Source of the DNA: Nitrospirales bacterium
GTDB taxonomy: Bacteria; Nitrospirota; Nitrospiria; Nitrospirales; UBA8639
Assembly: GCA_963555755.3 (NCBI GenBank)
Contig: OY820905.2
Location: 4,160,001-4,224,000 of the forward strand
DNA: 64,000 nucleotides
Direction: 5' to 3'
The notes beneath the pieces are model-generated. The model was not told the origin of the DNA, did no database searches, and worked only from the letters and a program-made list of their open reading frames with translations. This document shows, in pieces, positions 9,254-19,109 of this stretch (the stretch's first letter is position 1; each line of letters starts with the position of its first letter). The position numbers and the translations under genes are program-made.

Positions 9254-10930
9254 TTCAAGCGCTCTCGAAAGCCGTGACCGGCGGCGTGTTCGATGTCACC
9301 GAATTTTATTCCGAATATCCTCATCGAAAAGAGTTGGGATTTTATGAAACCTTCCAAAGTGTGTTTGACGACCTGTTGTTTAGTTACCTGGTTGGGCGTC
9401 CCAAAAAGACCGAAAACGAACCCCTGCCCAAAGATGAGCACGGGGTCTTGGTGGTATTTATTGACGACTTGGATCGCTGTCCGAAAGACCGCGTTATCAA
9501 GGTGCTCGAAACCATCAAACTCTTTATGGACAAGCCGGGCTGCATGTTTGTTCTTGGAGCTGATCGGATGGTCATCGAATCCGCGCTTCGCCCCACGTAC
9601 TCGGGGGAGGGCGAAGCTGAAAAGTTCATGGACAAAATCGTACAGGTGACGTTTTCGTTACCCAAAGTGGCCCATGACGATATTCAGAAATTTATGGTGA
9701 AACAGGCTCCTGAACATCAAGCGCTTATGGAGGAATTTGCTCCGCTCATTGCACGTGTGCTGGACCATAATATTCGATCCGTGAAGCGGTTTCTCAATAA
9801 CATGAATTTGATGACCAGTCTCGCCAACAATGCTGGTACGAACGTGTCAAAATATCCGGACGCCATCTTACGATGGAGCATTGTCGATTATGTGTATCCG
9901 CAATTAGCCAAACTCATGAAAGAGGACGTGCAGTACGTGCAGGTGATGGTGGAAAAAATCACCAAACTGGAAGAGAAACAGTCAGCCGATGAGTGGACCC
10001 TCACCGATGAGATGGTGAGAGACCTGGGCATCCCAGATCCCGTAGTGAAGTATTTACGTGAGAAAAAAGTTGTGGATTTGGTGAAGGATCTTCCTACGGA
10101 GGAAGGAGTCATGGAAGGGTTGATGCGCCTCTCGGCCACGACCGAATCTGCGGAAGAAAAACGTGAAAAAGAAGCCGTCCTTGGTCCCCGTGTCGAGGCC
10201 AATATGGTCACGGTTGAAAAAGGACCATTCCTTTATGGTGAGGAACCAGAGGAACACGTCATTCCCAATGATTTCGAGATCGATATTTATCCTGTGACGA
10301 ACGAGCAGTTCCGGCAATTTGTGGAGGGAGGAGGATATGCCAACGAAGACCTCTGGTCCAAAGACGGATGGAAGTGGAAAGAGAAGCAAAAAGCGAGTCA
10401 ACCTAAATATTGGAATGACAACAAATGGAACCAGCCTGATCACCCCGTCGTCGGCGTGACCTGGTTCGAGGCCGAGGCCTTTGCCCGTTCAGTGGGAAAG
10501 CGGCTCCCAACGGAAGAAGAATGGGAAAAGGCCGCACGAGGAAAAGAAGGCCAGATCTACTCCTGGGAGGGTGAATTTGATTCAGCCAAATGCAACAATG
10601 CTGCATCGGGTAGTGAAGGCACGACCCCTGTCACAAAATATGTCAAAGGCCGGAGTCCCTATGGTTGCTATGACATGGCCGGCAATGTGTGGGAATGGAC
10701 GGATAGCTTGTATGACCAAGATAAGGATAGACGCGTGCTGCGCGGGGGTTCCTGGTTCTATGGAGCCGACTTCCTGCGTGCCTCATTCCGGGGCAGGGAC
10801 GCGCCGTCGGACAGGGACGACAATGTTGGGTTTCGGTGTGCCAGGACGTCCTCTTAACCCTTTACCCTTTGACTCTTTTTCCTTTTCCTCTTTGTATTTT
10901 CTTGAATCGACGACTGGGGCATCCACGGTC

Positions 10931-10952
10931 AGGTGGGCGATGCCCACCCTGC
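10931..10952 (-). repeat. GTAG-type REP (variant)
   Basis: Reverse complement GCAGGGTGGGCATCGCCCACCT. Confidence 0.6.
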
Positions 10953-11043
10953 AAATATTTCCAGGTGGGATGTCGTTGAAGAGAAAGCTCTTTTTGCTGA
11001 TTCTGTTGGAAACAGGTTGACATGTATGCTAAAGAACCAGGTG

Positions 11044-11382
11044 ATGTCTAATCTTCTTACCTACCCACCAGTGACTGAATTGCTTCTGGCTGAAATGGTG
11101 AGATGCATTCTTTCTGTTGGTACTCCACAAAAAATTGTTTTATTTGGTTCTCGAGCGAGAGGAGACTCTCGTCCCGATAGCGATTTGGACCTTTTGATTA
11201 TTGAAGATTCAGAGCTTCCCCGGTATCAGCGATCGGCGCGCTACCGTCGTGCGCTCTGCGGTCTCTTTCCTGCAAAAGATGTTGTGGTGTGGACCCCCGC
11301 TGAGGTTGAGGAATGGCGAGAAGTTCCTAATGCCTTTATCACGACTGTGTTAGCAGAAGGCAAAGTACTGTATGAAAAATAG
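11044..11382 (+). CDS. Minimal nucleotidyltransferase (MNT) antitoxin
   Basis: IVLFGSRARGDSRPDSDLDLLII. Start chosen at ATG 11044. Confidence 0.88.
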   Translation: MSNLLTYPPVTELLLAEMVRCILSVGTPQKIVLFGSRARGDSRPDSDLDLLIIEDSELPRYQRSARYRRALCGLFPAKDVVVWTPAEVEEWREVPNAFITTVLAEGKVLYEK

Positions 11383-11770
11383 GGAGGCGTTGGCTCAAGG
11401 TTGGTTTCGGAAGGGAGATAGCGACCTTGCGGATGCTCGACGAACTATCGAAAGCGATGGGCCATATGATACCGCCTGTTTCCATTCGCAACAGGCGGTC
11501 GAGAAATACCTAAAAGGGTTCTTATCTTGGCGGGGATTTGAGATTCCCCGGACCCATGATTTAGAGGAGCTTCAAAGGCAATGTCTTCAAGAGGAAGACA
11601 TCGGTGGTCTTAGCGAATTAGATCTTACTGAACTGACTGGCTATGCTGTTGAGCTGAGATATGATGCTGATTTCTGGCCTCCTCAAGCTACGGCAGAAGA
11701 GGCACTGGAAATAGCTGGAAAGGTCAAAGCGTTAATGCTTGGTCATGTTCCAGATTCGGCCAAGCCCTGA
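11372..11770 (+). CDS. HEPN-domain protein (MNT-HEPN pair)
   Basis: ACFHSQQAVEKYLKG, PRTHDL..L, LT.YAVELRY. Overlaps the MNT gene. Confidence 0.88.
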   Translation: MKNREALAQGWFRKGDSDLADARRTIESDGPYDTACFHSQQAVEKYLKGFLSWRGFEIPRTHDLEELQRQCLQEEDIGGLSELDLTELTGYAVELRYDADFWPPQATAEEALEIAGKVKALMLGHVPDSAKP

Positions 11771-11785
11771 AGAATTGATGGTATC

Positions 11786-12316
11786 CTACTCTTCTGACAC
11801 TGTGACGGTCATGGGTGCGGGGTCGAGAGGGTTATCGTTGTCGTCACGGGGGAGAGCCACGATCTTATCTACCACGTCCATGCCTTTCATCACTTTGGCG
11901 AACGCTGAATAGGTTCGGTCAAGGCTGCTGTTATCTTCCACGCAGATAAAAAACTGTGAGCCATTGTCTGACACGTCGCGGGTCCTGTCTTCGTTCCGTG
12001 GTACTTTGGCCATGGACACGGTTCCTCGTCGGTGGGGCTGGTCGCTGGGTTCGGGGTTCAGGGTAAACCCAGGGCCACCTTGGCCGTGCATGCTTCGATC
12101 CGGCTCTTTACTGAACGGGTCTCCACCCTGAATGATAAATCCAGGTACGACGCGGTGAAAGGAGGTACCATCATAAAATCCGATCTTGGCGAGGCTCAGA
12201 AAGTTTTCAACGTGGATAGGGGCCATGTCCGGGTAGAAACGGATGGTGATGTCTCCAAACTTGGTGGAGATGACGACTTTGGGATTTTTTTTCTTGAAAG
12301 TAATAGGTGCGCTCAT
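11786..12316 (-). CDS. Cyclophilin-type peptidyl-prolyl isomerase
   Basis: FYDGTSFHRVVPGFIIQGGDP, GTVSMA, GSQFFI. Confidence 0.93.
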   Translation of the reverse strand: MSAPITFKKKNPKVVISTKFGDITIRFYPDMAPIHVENFLSLAKIGFYDGTSFHRVVPGFIIQGGDPFSKEPDRSMHGQGGPGFTLNPEPSDQPHRRGTVSMAKVPRNEDRTRDVSDNGSQFFICVEDNSSLDRTYSAFAKVMKGMDVVDKIVALPRDDNDNPLDPAPMTVTVSEE

Positions 12317-12533
12317 CCGGCGAATGTATCAGGGGAGGTGGGGGGCTTTCAAGGATCAAAAGCCACAATGATTCCCGTAGCAAGCTGACAGTGTATTCAG
12401 GGGATAAACGAAATACTAAATCCCCCTAACCCACTTTTTCAAAGGGGGGAACTTCTTCGTGACATTGTCAGCCACAGGGAGTACCCCGTTTACCTTCCTT
12501 TTTTGGCAGTGTACAAGGCGCGGGTTTGCATAT

Positions 12534-13868
12534 TTATTCACCACCAGTATTGGTCTTCAAACCATCTCTTGGCCGAATTTTTAACCACGCCAAGGCTCCC
12601 AAAAGGGCCATGGCTGCGGCGACCCCGAGTGAGACGGACCAGCCGAATTGATTGGCGAGCCAGGGTGTGAGTGTGGGGGAGAGGGTCCCGCCGAGATTGG
12701 CGCCGGTGTTCATGAGTCCCGAGAGCGTGCCGGCGTGGGTTTTGGAAAGGTCGACGGGGATACTCCAGAACGCGCCAATGGTGAAATACAGCCAGCCTGC
12801 ACCGAGCGATAAAAAGCCAATGGCCCAGAATGGGGCCTCGATGAGCGCGCCGATGATGATAAACAAGGCTGCCAGTGCCATTCCTGCTACTCCAATTAAA
12901 GACCGTCCTTTGTTCACTCCGAGACGTCTGGACAATTGATCGGTCAGCCAACCGCCTAGGGGACAAAAAATAGTCATAGCGATGAACGGGCTGGATGCGA
13001 AGATCGCACCGCGCAATACGCTGAAGCCCCGTTCATCGACTAAATACAGATAAAACCACGACATGTACACGTAGGCGACGTATCCGAAACAGGTGTAGCT
13101 CAACACGAGCCACCGTACGCTGGGGGTGTGGGCAAACGCCTTCCAGGGAACGGGTGGGGGCCTGTCTGCGATATTGTGCGGGGGGCTGTCGCCGCGGATA
13201 AGGGCGGCTTCCTGCGCATTCACGCGTGGATGTTCTTCCGGGCGATCCGTGGCAAACCAAAACCAAATAAAAGCAATGACTACACCAAGGGCACCGGCCA
13301 CATAAAATGCCGTCTGCCAGCCGTAATTCACCATGATCCAGGCGGTGATGGGAGGCGTCAGCGCCAATCCTATTCCAATGCCGCTGATTGTCAGGGCAAT
13401 GCCGAATCCACGCTCATGCGGCCCACACCAATTGGCCACGGTCCGATTGAAATTGGGCAAGGCCGCGGCTTCGCCAACGCCAATCAAGAACCTCACGATC
13501 ATGAGTGACCCCCAAATCCCCATCGCTCCAGCGAGAAACGAGGTTGGGGCCAGGGCCGTCAATGCTGTAAACATTGACCACCAGATCACGGCCAGAGTCA
13601 GGATTTTCCGGGGACCCCATCGGTCGCCCGCCCAACCTCCTGGGATTTGAAACAAGGCATACCCAAACACGAAAGCGGAAAAAATTTGGCCCATCTGGAC
13701 ATTGGTGAGGCCGAGTGCGGGCATCATGTGCCGGGCCGTGATCGAGATATTGACGCGGTCGATATACGTAATGATGCTGATCAGAAAGAGGAGGGCTAGA
13801 ATAATCCAGCGTGTGTGCGAGGGCTTGAGGGTGGCTGAAGTAGTGGGCATCATCATGTTCGTGAGCAC
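12534..13868 (-). CDS. MFS transporter (anion:cation symporter, glucarate/galactonate-like)
   Basis: ITYIDRVNIS, GWAGDRWGPRK and RFLIGVGEA motifs. About 12 hydrophobic segments. Confidence 0.88.
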   Translation of the reverse strand: MLTNMMMPTTSATLKPSHTRWIILALLFLISIITYIDRVNISITARHMMPALGLTNVQMGQIFSAFVFGYALFQIPGGWAGDRWGPRKILTLAVIWWSMFTALTALAPTSFLAGAMGIWGSLMIVRFLIGVGEAAALPNFNRTVANWCGPHERGFGIALTISGIGIGLALTPPITAWIMVNYGWQTAFYVAGALGVVIAFIWFWFATDRPEEHPRVNAQEAALIRGDSPPHNIADRPPPVPWKAFAHTPSVRWLVLSYTCFGYVAYVYMSWFYLYLVDERGFSVLRGAIFASSPFIAMTIFCPLGGWLTDQLSRRLGVNKGRSLIGVAGMALAALFIIIGALIEAPFWAIGFLSLGAGWLYFTIGAFWSIPVDLSKTHAGTLSGLMNTGANLGGTLSPTLTPWLANQFGWSVSLGVAAAMALLGALAWLKIRPRDGLKTNTGGE

Positions 13869-14028
13869 TGTAAAGGGGTTTGCTGGGGAATGCCAGATTT
13901 CCCCCCTCCTCTGCGGGTAAAAAAATTCCCTGTTGAACTTTATCCCAGTCCATGATAGATGGGAGCCACTCGCCAGCCAGTTTGTAGGTGATTTTTCTTA
14001 CGGAAAAATTTATTGAGGAGGGAGAGCG

Positions 14029-14994
14029 ATGGCAGCGACAGCTAAGAAGAAACCGAAGGCCAAGACCAAGGCCAAGATCAAGGCCAAGCCCAAGACTAAG
14101 ACCAAGACCAAGACCAAGAAGGGTTCAACGTCCGTCTCCAAAGCCAAGGTCAAAAAAGTTGCCAAGAAGTCGGTTTCCAAGTCCACCAAATCCAAGGCCA
14201 CCAAATCCAAACCCAAATCAGGAAAAGCCAAAAATAAGGCCACGGCATCTAAGGCAAAACTAAAAAGTCAGAAAAAAGTGGTCAAGGCGAGAACTGGTAA
14301 GGTGGCTAAACCGAAAGCCAAAAGTGCGAAAAAATCAAAGGCAGCAAAAAGGTCTTTGGTAAAAAAGAAGACGGGGTCCAAGGGCACCGTGTCTAAAAAA
14401 ACATCAAAGACAAAATTGTCTGCAAAGGCCAAGAAGCCTGCAAAGAGTGCAGCGGTTAAACCGAAGAAAAAAATACGACCCAAGAAAACGACGAAGAGTC
14501 GCATAAAACCAAAGGTCAAAGCTGCGTCCAAAGCCAAGCCCATTCAGCGTTCGGGAAAAGTTGCAAAACCTAGTCGGGCCAAAGCAAAGACAATCGTCAA
14601 GAGCGCAACTCAGAAAAGCTCGAAACTAAAGAAGGGGGTTTCGCCCAAAAAGGTCTCCGCAGTCGCTGCTCCCTCAAAGAAACGAGTGGCCCCGGCCAAG
14701 TCTGAGGTGGCGGAAGTCAAAAAAGTCCGGGCATCCGTGGCTCCAGGTACTCTTGAAAAAGATATAGCTGGCGTGGAAGATAAAGGGGCCGATGACCTTT
14801 CTTCAGATGTTGATGATGTTGCCGATGAATTGGGCGGTGATTTCAATGAGGAGGATGACCTTTCTGGTATGACCGATGAATTGGATGATGACCTCACCGA
14901 AGATGTATCAGAAGAATTGGATACAGAAAAATTTTTTCGGGATACCGACGCCGGACTCGATGATGACGATGGCAGTATCCCGCAGAGGTGGTAG
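14029..14994 (+). CDS. Histone H1-like Lys/Ala-rich protein with a strongly acidic C-terminal tail
   Basis: GAGGAGGG RBS. About 220 aa K/A/S/T/P-rich region with no D/E, then a D/E-rich tail. Confidence 0.75.
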   Translation: MAATAKKKPKAKTKAKIKAKPKTKTKTKTKKGSTSVSKAKVKKVAKKSVSKSTKSKATKSKPKSGKAKNKATASKAKLKSQKKVVKARTGKVAKPKAKSAKKSKAAKRSLVKKKTGSKGTVSKKTSKTKLSAKAKKPAKSAAVKPKKKIRPKKTTKSRIKPKVKAASKAKPIQRSGKVAKPSRAKAKTIVKSATQKSSKLKKGVSPKKVSAVAAPSKKRVAPAKSEVAEVKKVRASVAPGTLEKDIAGVEDKGADDLSSDVDDVADELGGDFNEEDDLSGMTDELDDDLTEDVSEELDTEKFFRDTDAGLDDDDGSIPQRW

Positions 14995-15104
14995 TGGAAA
15001 AGTAAAGCGTATGCCGTGATGCGTGATCTGTAGGGGAAAAAGATGTATTTTTTTGTACGGTTTACGCATCACGATTTCGAAGTGCATTATTTTAGGAGGA
15101 ATAC

Positions 15105-15761
15105 ATGTCTGAGTCAGTGAGTTTGCCTCGAATTGGGGATCCAGCCCCGGATTTTCAAGCAGTCACAACGTTTTCCAGTAATTTTGGTTTTACTGTCTGG
15201 CAAGAGCAGGACTGGGTGGTTCTCTTTTCACATCCGGCAGACTTTACACCCGTTTGTACGACCGAGTTGGTTGAGTTCGCACGACGGCACGAGGAATTTC
15301 GCAACAGGGGCGTCAAATTGCTCGGAATTAGTGTGGACAGCATTCATTCCCATTTGGCGTGGCTGGAAAACATTAAGCAAAAAATGGGTGTGACGATCCC
15401 CTATCCCATGGTGGCGGATATCGATATGCGGATCTCGCATCTATATGGCATGATCCATCCCGGCGCGAGTACGACGGCCACGGTCCGTGCCCTGTTTGTC
15501 ATCGATCCCAAACGCGTGATTCGTGCGCTGATTTACTATCCCATGAATGCCGGTCGCAATGTTGATGAAGTGTTGCGCCTCGTGACCGCGCTTCAAACGG
15601 CTGAGCAATATTCCTGCGCGACTCCGGTGAATTGGAAGGAAGGGGAAAAAGTGGTGGTCCCGCCTCCCAAGACCGTTGAGGAGGTCGCCGAGCGGCTCAG
15701 TCATCCTGACCGAGAAGTCAAAGACTTTTACCTGACCCTGAAAGATCCCAAGGCGCAATAA
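15105..15761 (+). CDS. Peroxiredoxin (Prx6 type)
   Basis: LFSHPADFTPVCTTE, GRNVDEVLR, TPVNW. Confidence 0.93.
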   Translation: MSESVSLPRIGDPAPDFQAVTTFSSNFGFTVWQEQDWVVLFSHPADFTPVCTTELVEFARRHEEFRNRGVKLLGISVDSIHSHLAWLENIKQKMGVTIPYPMVADIDMRISHLYGMIHPGASTTATVRALFVIDPKRVIRALIYYPMNAGRNVDEVLRLVTALQTAEQYSCATPVNWKEGEKVVVPPPKTVEEVAERLSHPDREVKDFYLTLKDPKAQ

Positions 15762-15898
15762 AGTTCCGGAATACCGTTTGGTGTGACGGCAGGTTCCCAA
15801 CCCGTTTGAGTTCCTGTCTTTCCGCGACTCGGCAAGTTTTGGTCTTATGACTGACTCGGTGCTCTGCCTGGTCCTATGCTGCCCAACAGTCACTATCC

Positions 15899-17017
15899 GT
15901 GTTATCAATGACCCGAAATATTCTTGTAAGGCAGGCATGGGCTTCTGTTCGTGTTGTTGGGGTATTGATGGTGTGGGCCATGACGACGGCTATGGCCGGT
16001 GGCCCTTGCCGCGTTGAACAGCCATCTCAGACGACATCTCCCATGCTGGTGCGAATATTAGTCGGTGATTGTTCGGAGGAAGATCGGAGGTTGTTGGCTA
16101 TTTCGGCCCAAGACGTGTTCGTGGCGCTTCAGCTTGGGCAGGGGGTCGAGCTAGATGGGGTTACGCTGACCGGGGATCTCATGTTGGATGATCTTCCACT
16201 CGAGCCAATTCCCGATGAAGATCAGTTGCCAGCATTCGTCAGGGAGCGATTCGATCGGGAATCGCTCATAGAAGTTCGTGTGGTGAAGGGGCCTCTCATT
16301 CTTCGTGATGTCGAGGTGGAGGGGGTTCTCGCGACGAATTTACTGAATCGTGGGTACGTGATTGTTCAGGGGCCGGTCTCCATTACCGGGAGTACGTTTC
16401 AACGCTCTCTTGATTTCTCAAGGACCATTTTTCAAGATTCCGTGGATTTTTCAGAAAACACTATTGGCTATGAAGGATTTTTTATTCAAGCCGTGTTCCT
16501 GAAAAATGCCACTTTTACCCAAACAGCATTCGGAACGCATTCCCGATTTCATAAAGCCGTGTTTGCGGGAAAGGCGTTGTTTCAGGAGGCGGTGTTTCAT
16601 GGGATAGCCGAATTTTTAGAAATAGGGTTTGAAAAGGAAGCCGATTTTTCAAATGCTCGCTTTGTGCAGGGTACGGGATTTTCGGGAAGCCACTTTCGTG
16701 AAGTGCCGAATTTTTCCGAAGCGACGTTTGAGCGGGAAACCTATTTCCGATTTTCGCAATTTGAAAAGGGAGCCAACTTTCGAGGAGGAGTGTTCCGCAA
16801 GGCAGCGGACTTTACCGAGGCGACCTTTGGCGGAGAATCTGACTTTTCCAGGGTCGTGTTTGAAGAGCCTCCTCAATTCACGGATGAGGGTTTGGCCAAC
16901 CAATTCCGTTCCCTCAATGGTCTCCAGGACCCCAAAAATCAAGCAGGCCTATTTGTCATAGCCGGGCTATTTTTGGTATTTTTCTATTTCCTGCTTAGGA
17001 AGAAAAGGAGTAAATAG
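15899..17017 (+). CDS. Pentapeptide-repeat protein, probably exported and membrane anchored
   Basis: Repeated A.F...F pentapeptides (ADFSNARF, PNFSEATF, ADFTEATF). N-terminal signal-like segment and C-terminal TM followed by a basic tail. Confidence 0.75.
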   Translation: MLSMTRNILVRQAWASVRVVGVLMVWAMTTAMAGGPCRVEQPSQTTSPMLVRILVGDCSEEDRRLLAISAQDVFVALQLGQGVELDGVTLTGDLMLDDLPLEPIPDEDQLPAFVRERFDRESLIEVRVVKGPLILRDVEVEGVLATNLLNRGYVIVQGPVSITGSTFQRSLDFSRTIFQDSVDFSENTIGYEGFFIQAVFLKNATFTQTAFGTHSRFHKAVFAGKALFQEAVFHGIAEFLEIGFEKEADFSNARFVQGTGFSGSHFREVPNFSEATFERETYFRFSQFEKGANFRGGVFRKAADFTEATFGGESDFSRVVFEEPPQFTDEGLANQFRSLNGLQDPKNQAGLFVIAGLFLVFFYFLLRKKRSK

Positions 17018-17230
17018 TGAGGGAGTCAGGAGTGACAGCGAAAGAGCCTTTTCCTGGTCTTTCCACCCCCCACAGAAAGTCCCCTCAGACACAAGATGTA
17101 GGATATTAGGTTGCCAGTATCCACTAAAAGTGGTATACCCTTGACGGTAATGGGTGAGGGGAAAGAGCGAAAAAATCACCCTTTCTAACTCATTTCTTTT
17201 ACTCATTACGCTTTTCGCATCACGGTTTCT

Positions 17231-18055
17231 ATGGAACACATCGAAATCCCGTACGAGGTCAAACTGGACGCCTTCACCGGGCCGCTTGACCTGTTGTTGC
17301 ACCTCATCCGAAAGCATGAGGTCAATATTTATGATATCCCCATTTCGCTCGTCACCAAGCAATATTTGGAATACATCAACCTCATGAAGGAACTCAATCT
17401 GTCTTTTGCAGGGGAGTTCCTGGTCATGGCGGCGACGCTGATCCAAATTAAATCACGAATGTTGCTTCCTCAGGAGGCAGAAGCTCCCATGGAGGATGAG
17501 GAGGGCGAAGATCCTCGGAGCGAACTCGTTCGGCGTCTTATTGAATATCAACAGTTCAAAGATGTGGCGGGACAATTAACGGAGCAGGAAAAAATTTGGC
17601 GAGACATGTTCCAGCGTGAACCTGTTCACGTGGCGTCGGTTCGCGACGTGCTGATGGATGATGTCAGCATGTATGATTTGTTGGGTGCACTTCAGGAAGT
17701 GTTAGGGCGCACGGAAGCGCCAATGTCTGTGGTGGAAATTACTCCTGATACGTGGACCGTTCAGGACCGGATCAATGGAATTGTCGAGCGGCTGGAAGAG
17801 ACTCCCACCATCAACTTCTCGTCCTTGTTCGATGATGCCACCACACGCTTACTGGTAATTGTGACGTTTTTAGCGTTGCTAGAGCTGGTACGGATGAACT
17901 TAGTTCGAATTTTTCAGGGCGATTTGTTTGGTCCTATTCGTCTCTCGCGGACGTTTTTGGCTGGGCAGGGGTTGGATGAGGCCGAGAGGCTCATGGAATC
18001 TGAAGGATCAGATTCCATGAATAATGGAGGGGTGAATGGGAACAGATACCACTGA
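17231..18055 (+). CDS. scpA: Segregation and condensation protein A
   Basis: FTGPLDLLLHLI, EFLVMAATL..IKSRMLLP, VTFLALLEL. Confidence 0.95.
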   Translation: MEHIEIPYEVKLDAFTGPLDLLLHLIRKHEVNIYDIPISLVTKQYLEYINLMKELNLSFAGEFLVMAATLIQIKSRMLLPQEAEAPMEDEEGEDPRSELVRRLIEYQQFKDVAGQLTEQEKIWRDMFQREPVHVASVRDVLMDDVSMYDLLGALQEVLGRTEAPMSVVEITPDTWTVQDRINGIVERLEETPTINFSSLFDDATTRLLVIVTFLALLELVRMNLVRIFQGDLFGPIRLSRTFLAGQGLDEAERLMESEGSDSMNNGGVNGNRYH

Positions 18056-18842
18056 AAACGAATTGAAAATTCAATCGGCGTCAGAAGACGTGGGAGTGAC
18101 TGAAGCGATGGGGCTGACTCCTGAGCAACCCCCTGCCAGTGATGAGGCTCCTCTGTTGGAAATTGGTGGGGTGACTGATTCGTTAGATGAGCAAGAGTTA
18201 AAAGGAATTATTGAATCGTTACTCTATGTTTCGCATGAGCCCTTAACGGTGGATAAAGTGACGACGGTGTTAGCCGGCCCACCTAGGGTGGTGGTGAACA
18301 ACGCCATCCGCGCCTTGCAACAGGACTATGATCAGGAAGGGCGGGGTTTACACATCGTGGAATTGGCCGGTGGTTTTTCCATGATCACGCGTGCCGACTG
18401 TGCCCCATGGATTACGCGACTGCAAAAAGTGAAAGCCTCTGCAAAAGTCTCTCGTTCCGCCATGGAGACATTGGCGATTATTGCCTATAAACAACCGATT
18501 GTGCGGTCTGAGATTGAACAGATTCGAGGCGTGGAAACGTCAGGGGTCTTGCGTACATTGCTGGATCAAAAATTGATTCGCATGGTGGGACGAAAAGACA
18601 TCCCCGGCCGGCCGATCTTGTACGGGACGAGCAAGGTGTTTCTCCAGCGGTTTGGCTTGCGCGATCTTCGAGATTTGCCTCCTCTGCGTGAGTGTAAGGA
18701 ATTGGGCCTAGGGGATACGCCAGATTTGTTCAGTGAAGACACCCTTGCCCTGTTTGATGAGAATGAAACCGTCGAGTCTGAAGATACGCTCCAAGAACCA
18801 AGCCTGGATGAACAGCCAGCCATGGTCCAGGAAGGGTCATAG
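18036..18842 (+). CDS. scpB: SMC-Scp complex subunit ScpB
   Basis: ETLAIIAYKQPI.RSEIEQIRGV, GRPILYGT..FL..FGL. Confidence 0.95.
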   Translation: MGTDTTENELKIQSASEDVGVTEAMGLTPEQPPASDEAPLLEIGGVTDSLDEQELKGIIESLLYVSHEPLTVDKVTTVLAGPPRVVVNNAIRALQQDYDQEGRGLHIVELAGGFSMITRADCAPWITRLQKVKASAKVSRSAMETLAIIAYKQPIVRSEIEQIRGVETSGVLRTLLDQKLIRMVGRKDIPGRPILYGTSKVFLQRFGLRDLRDLPPLRECKELGLGDTPDLFSEDTLALFDENETVESEDTLQEPSLDEQPAMVQEGS

Positions 18843-19109
18843 CGGGGCCTGTTTCCTTTGCACCTAGCACCTTCGATTCTTGACCTGCAGAAATCTAGAC
18901 TAAATCATTCCGACACAATCTAAACGAATCCTTCCCTACGAAAGATGTTGTGGCCATTCATCCTGCGCCCGGTCATTCTCGCGGCATAAAGTAGAACGAG
19001 TTGCCATGGCAGCGTGAATAGCCTGTCCTCGTGGAAACGGGGACGGGTATCCAGAGTATTCAGCCCAATTGAGTTGCCCTTTTCCGACTCCCTTTCTAGA
19101 ATGCTTCTC

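Larger units (their letters stand above)
8426..10857 (+). pseudogene. KAP-family P-loop NTPase fused to an FGE-sulfatase (C-type lectin fold) domain, interrupted by a MITE
   Basis: GIYGPWGSGKTT, WFQAWKY, VVFIDDLDRC, KFMDKIVQV, then PVTN..F, PVVGVTW, RLPTEEEWEKAARG, DMAGNVWEW, RGGSW and GFRC. Removing 8825-9258 restores KKIIQ-ALSKAVTGG in frame (about 665 aa). Confidence 0.9.

Noticed and set aside
10735..11050. Complete DGR cassette at this locus
   Set aside because: No reverse transcriptase, avd or template repeat was found in the window. Kept only as a candidate remote target.
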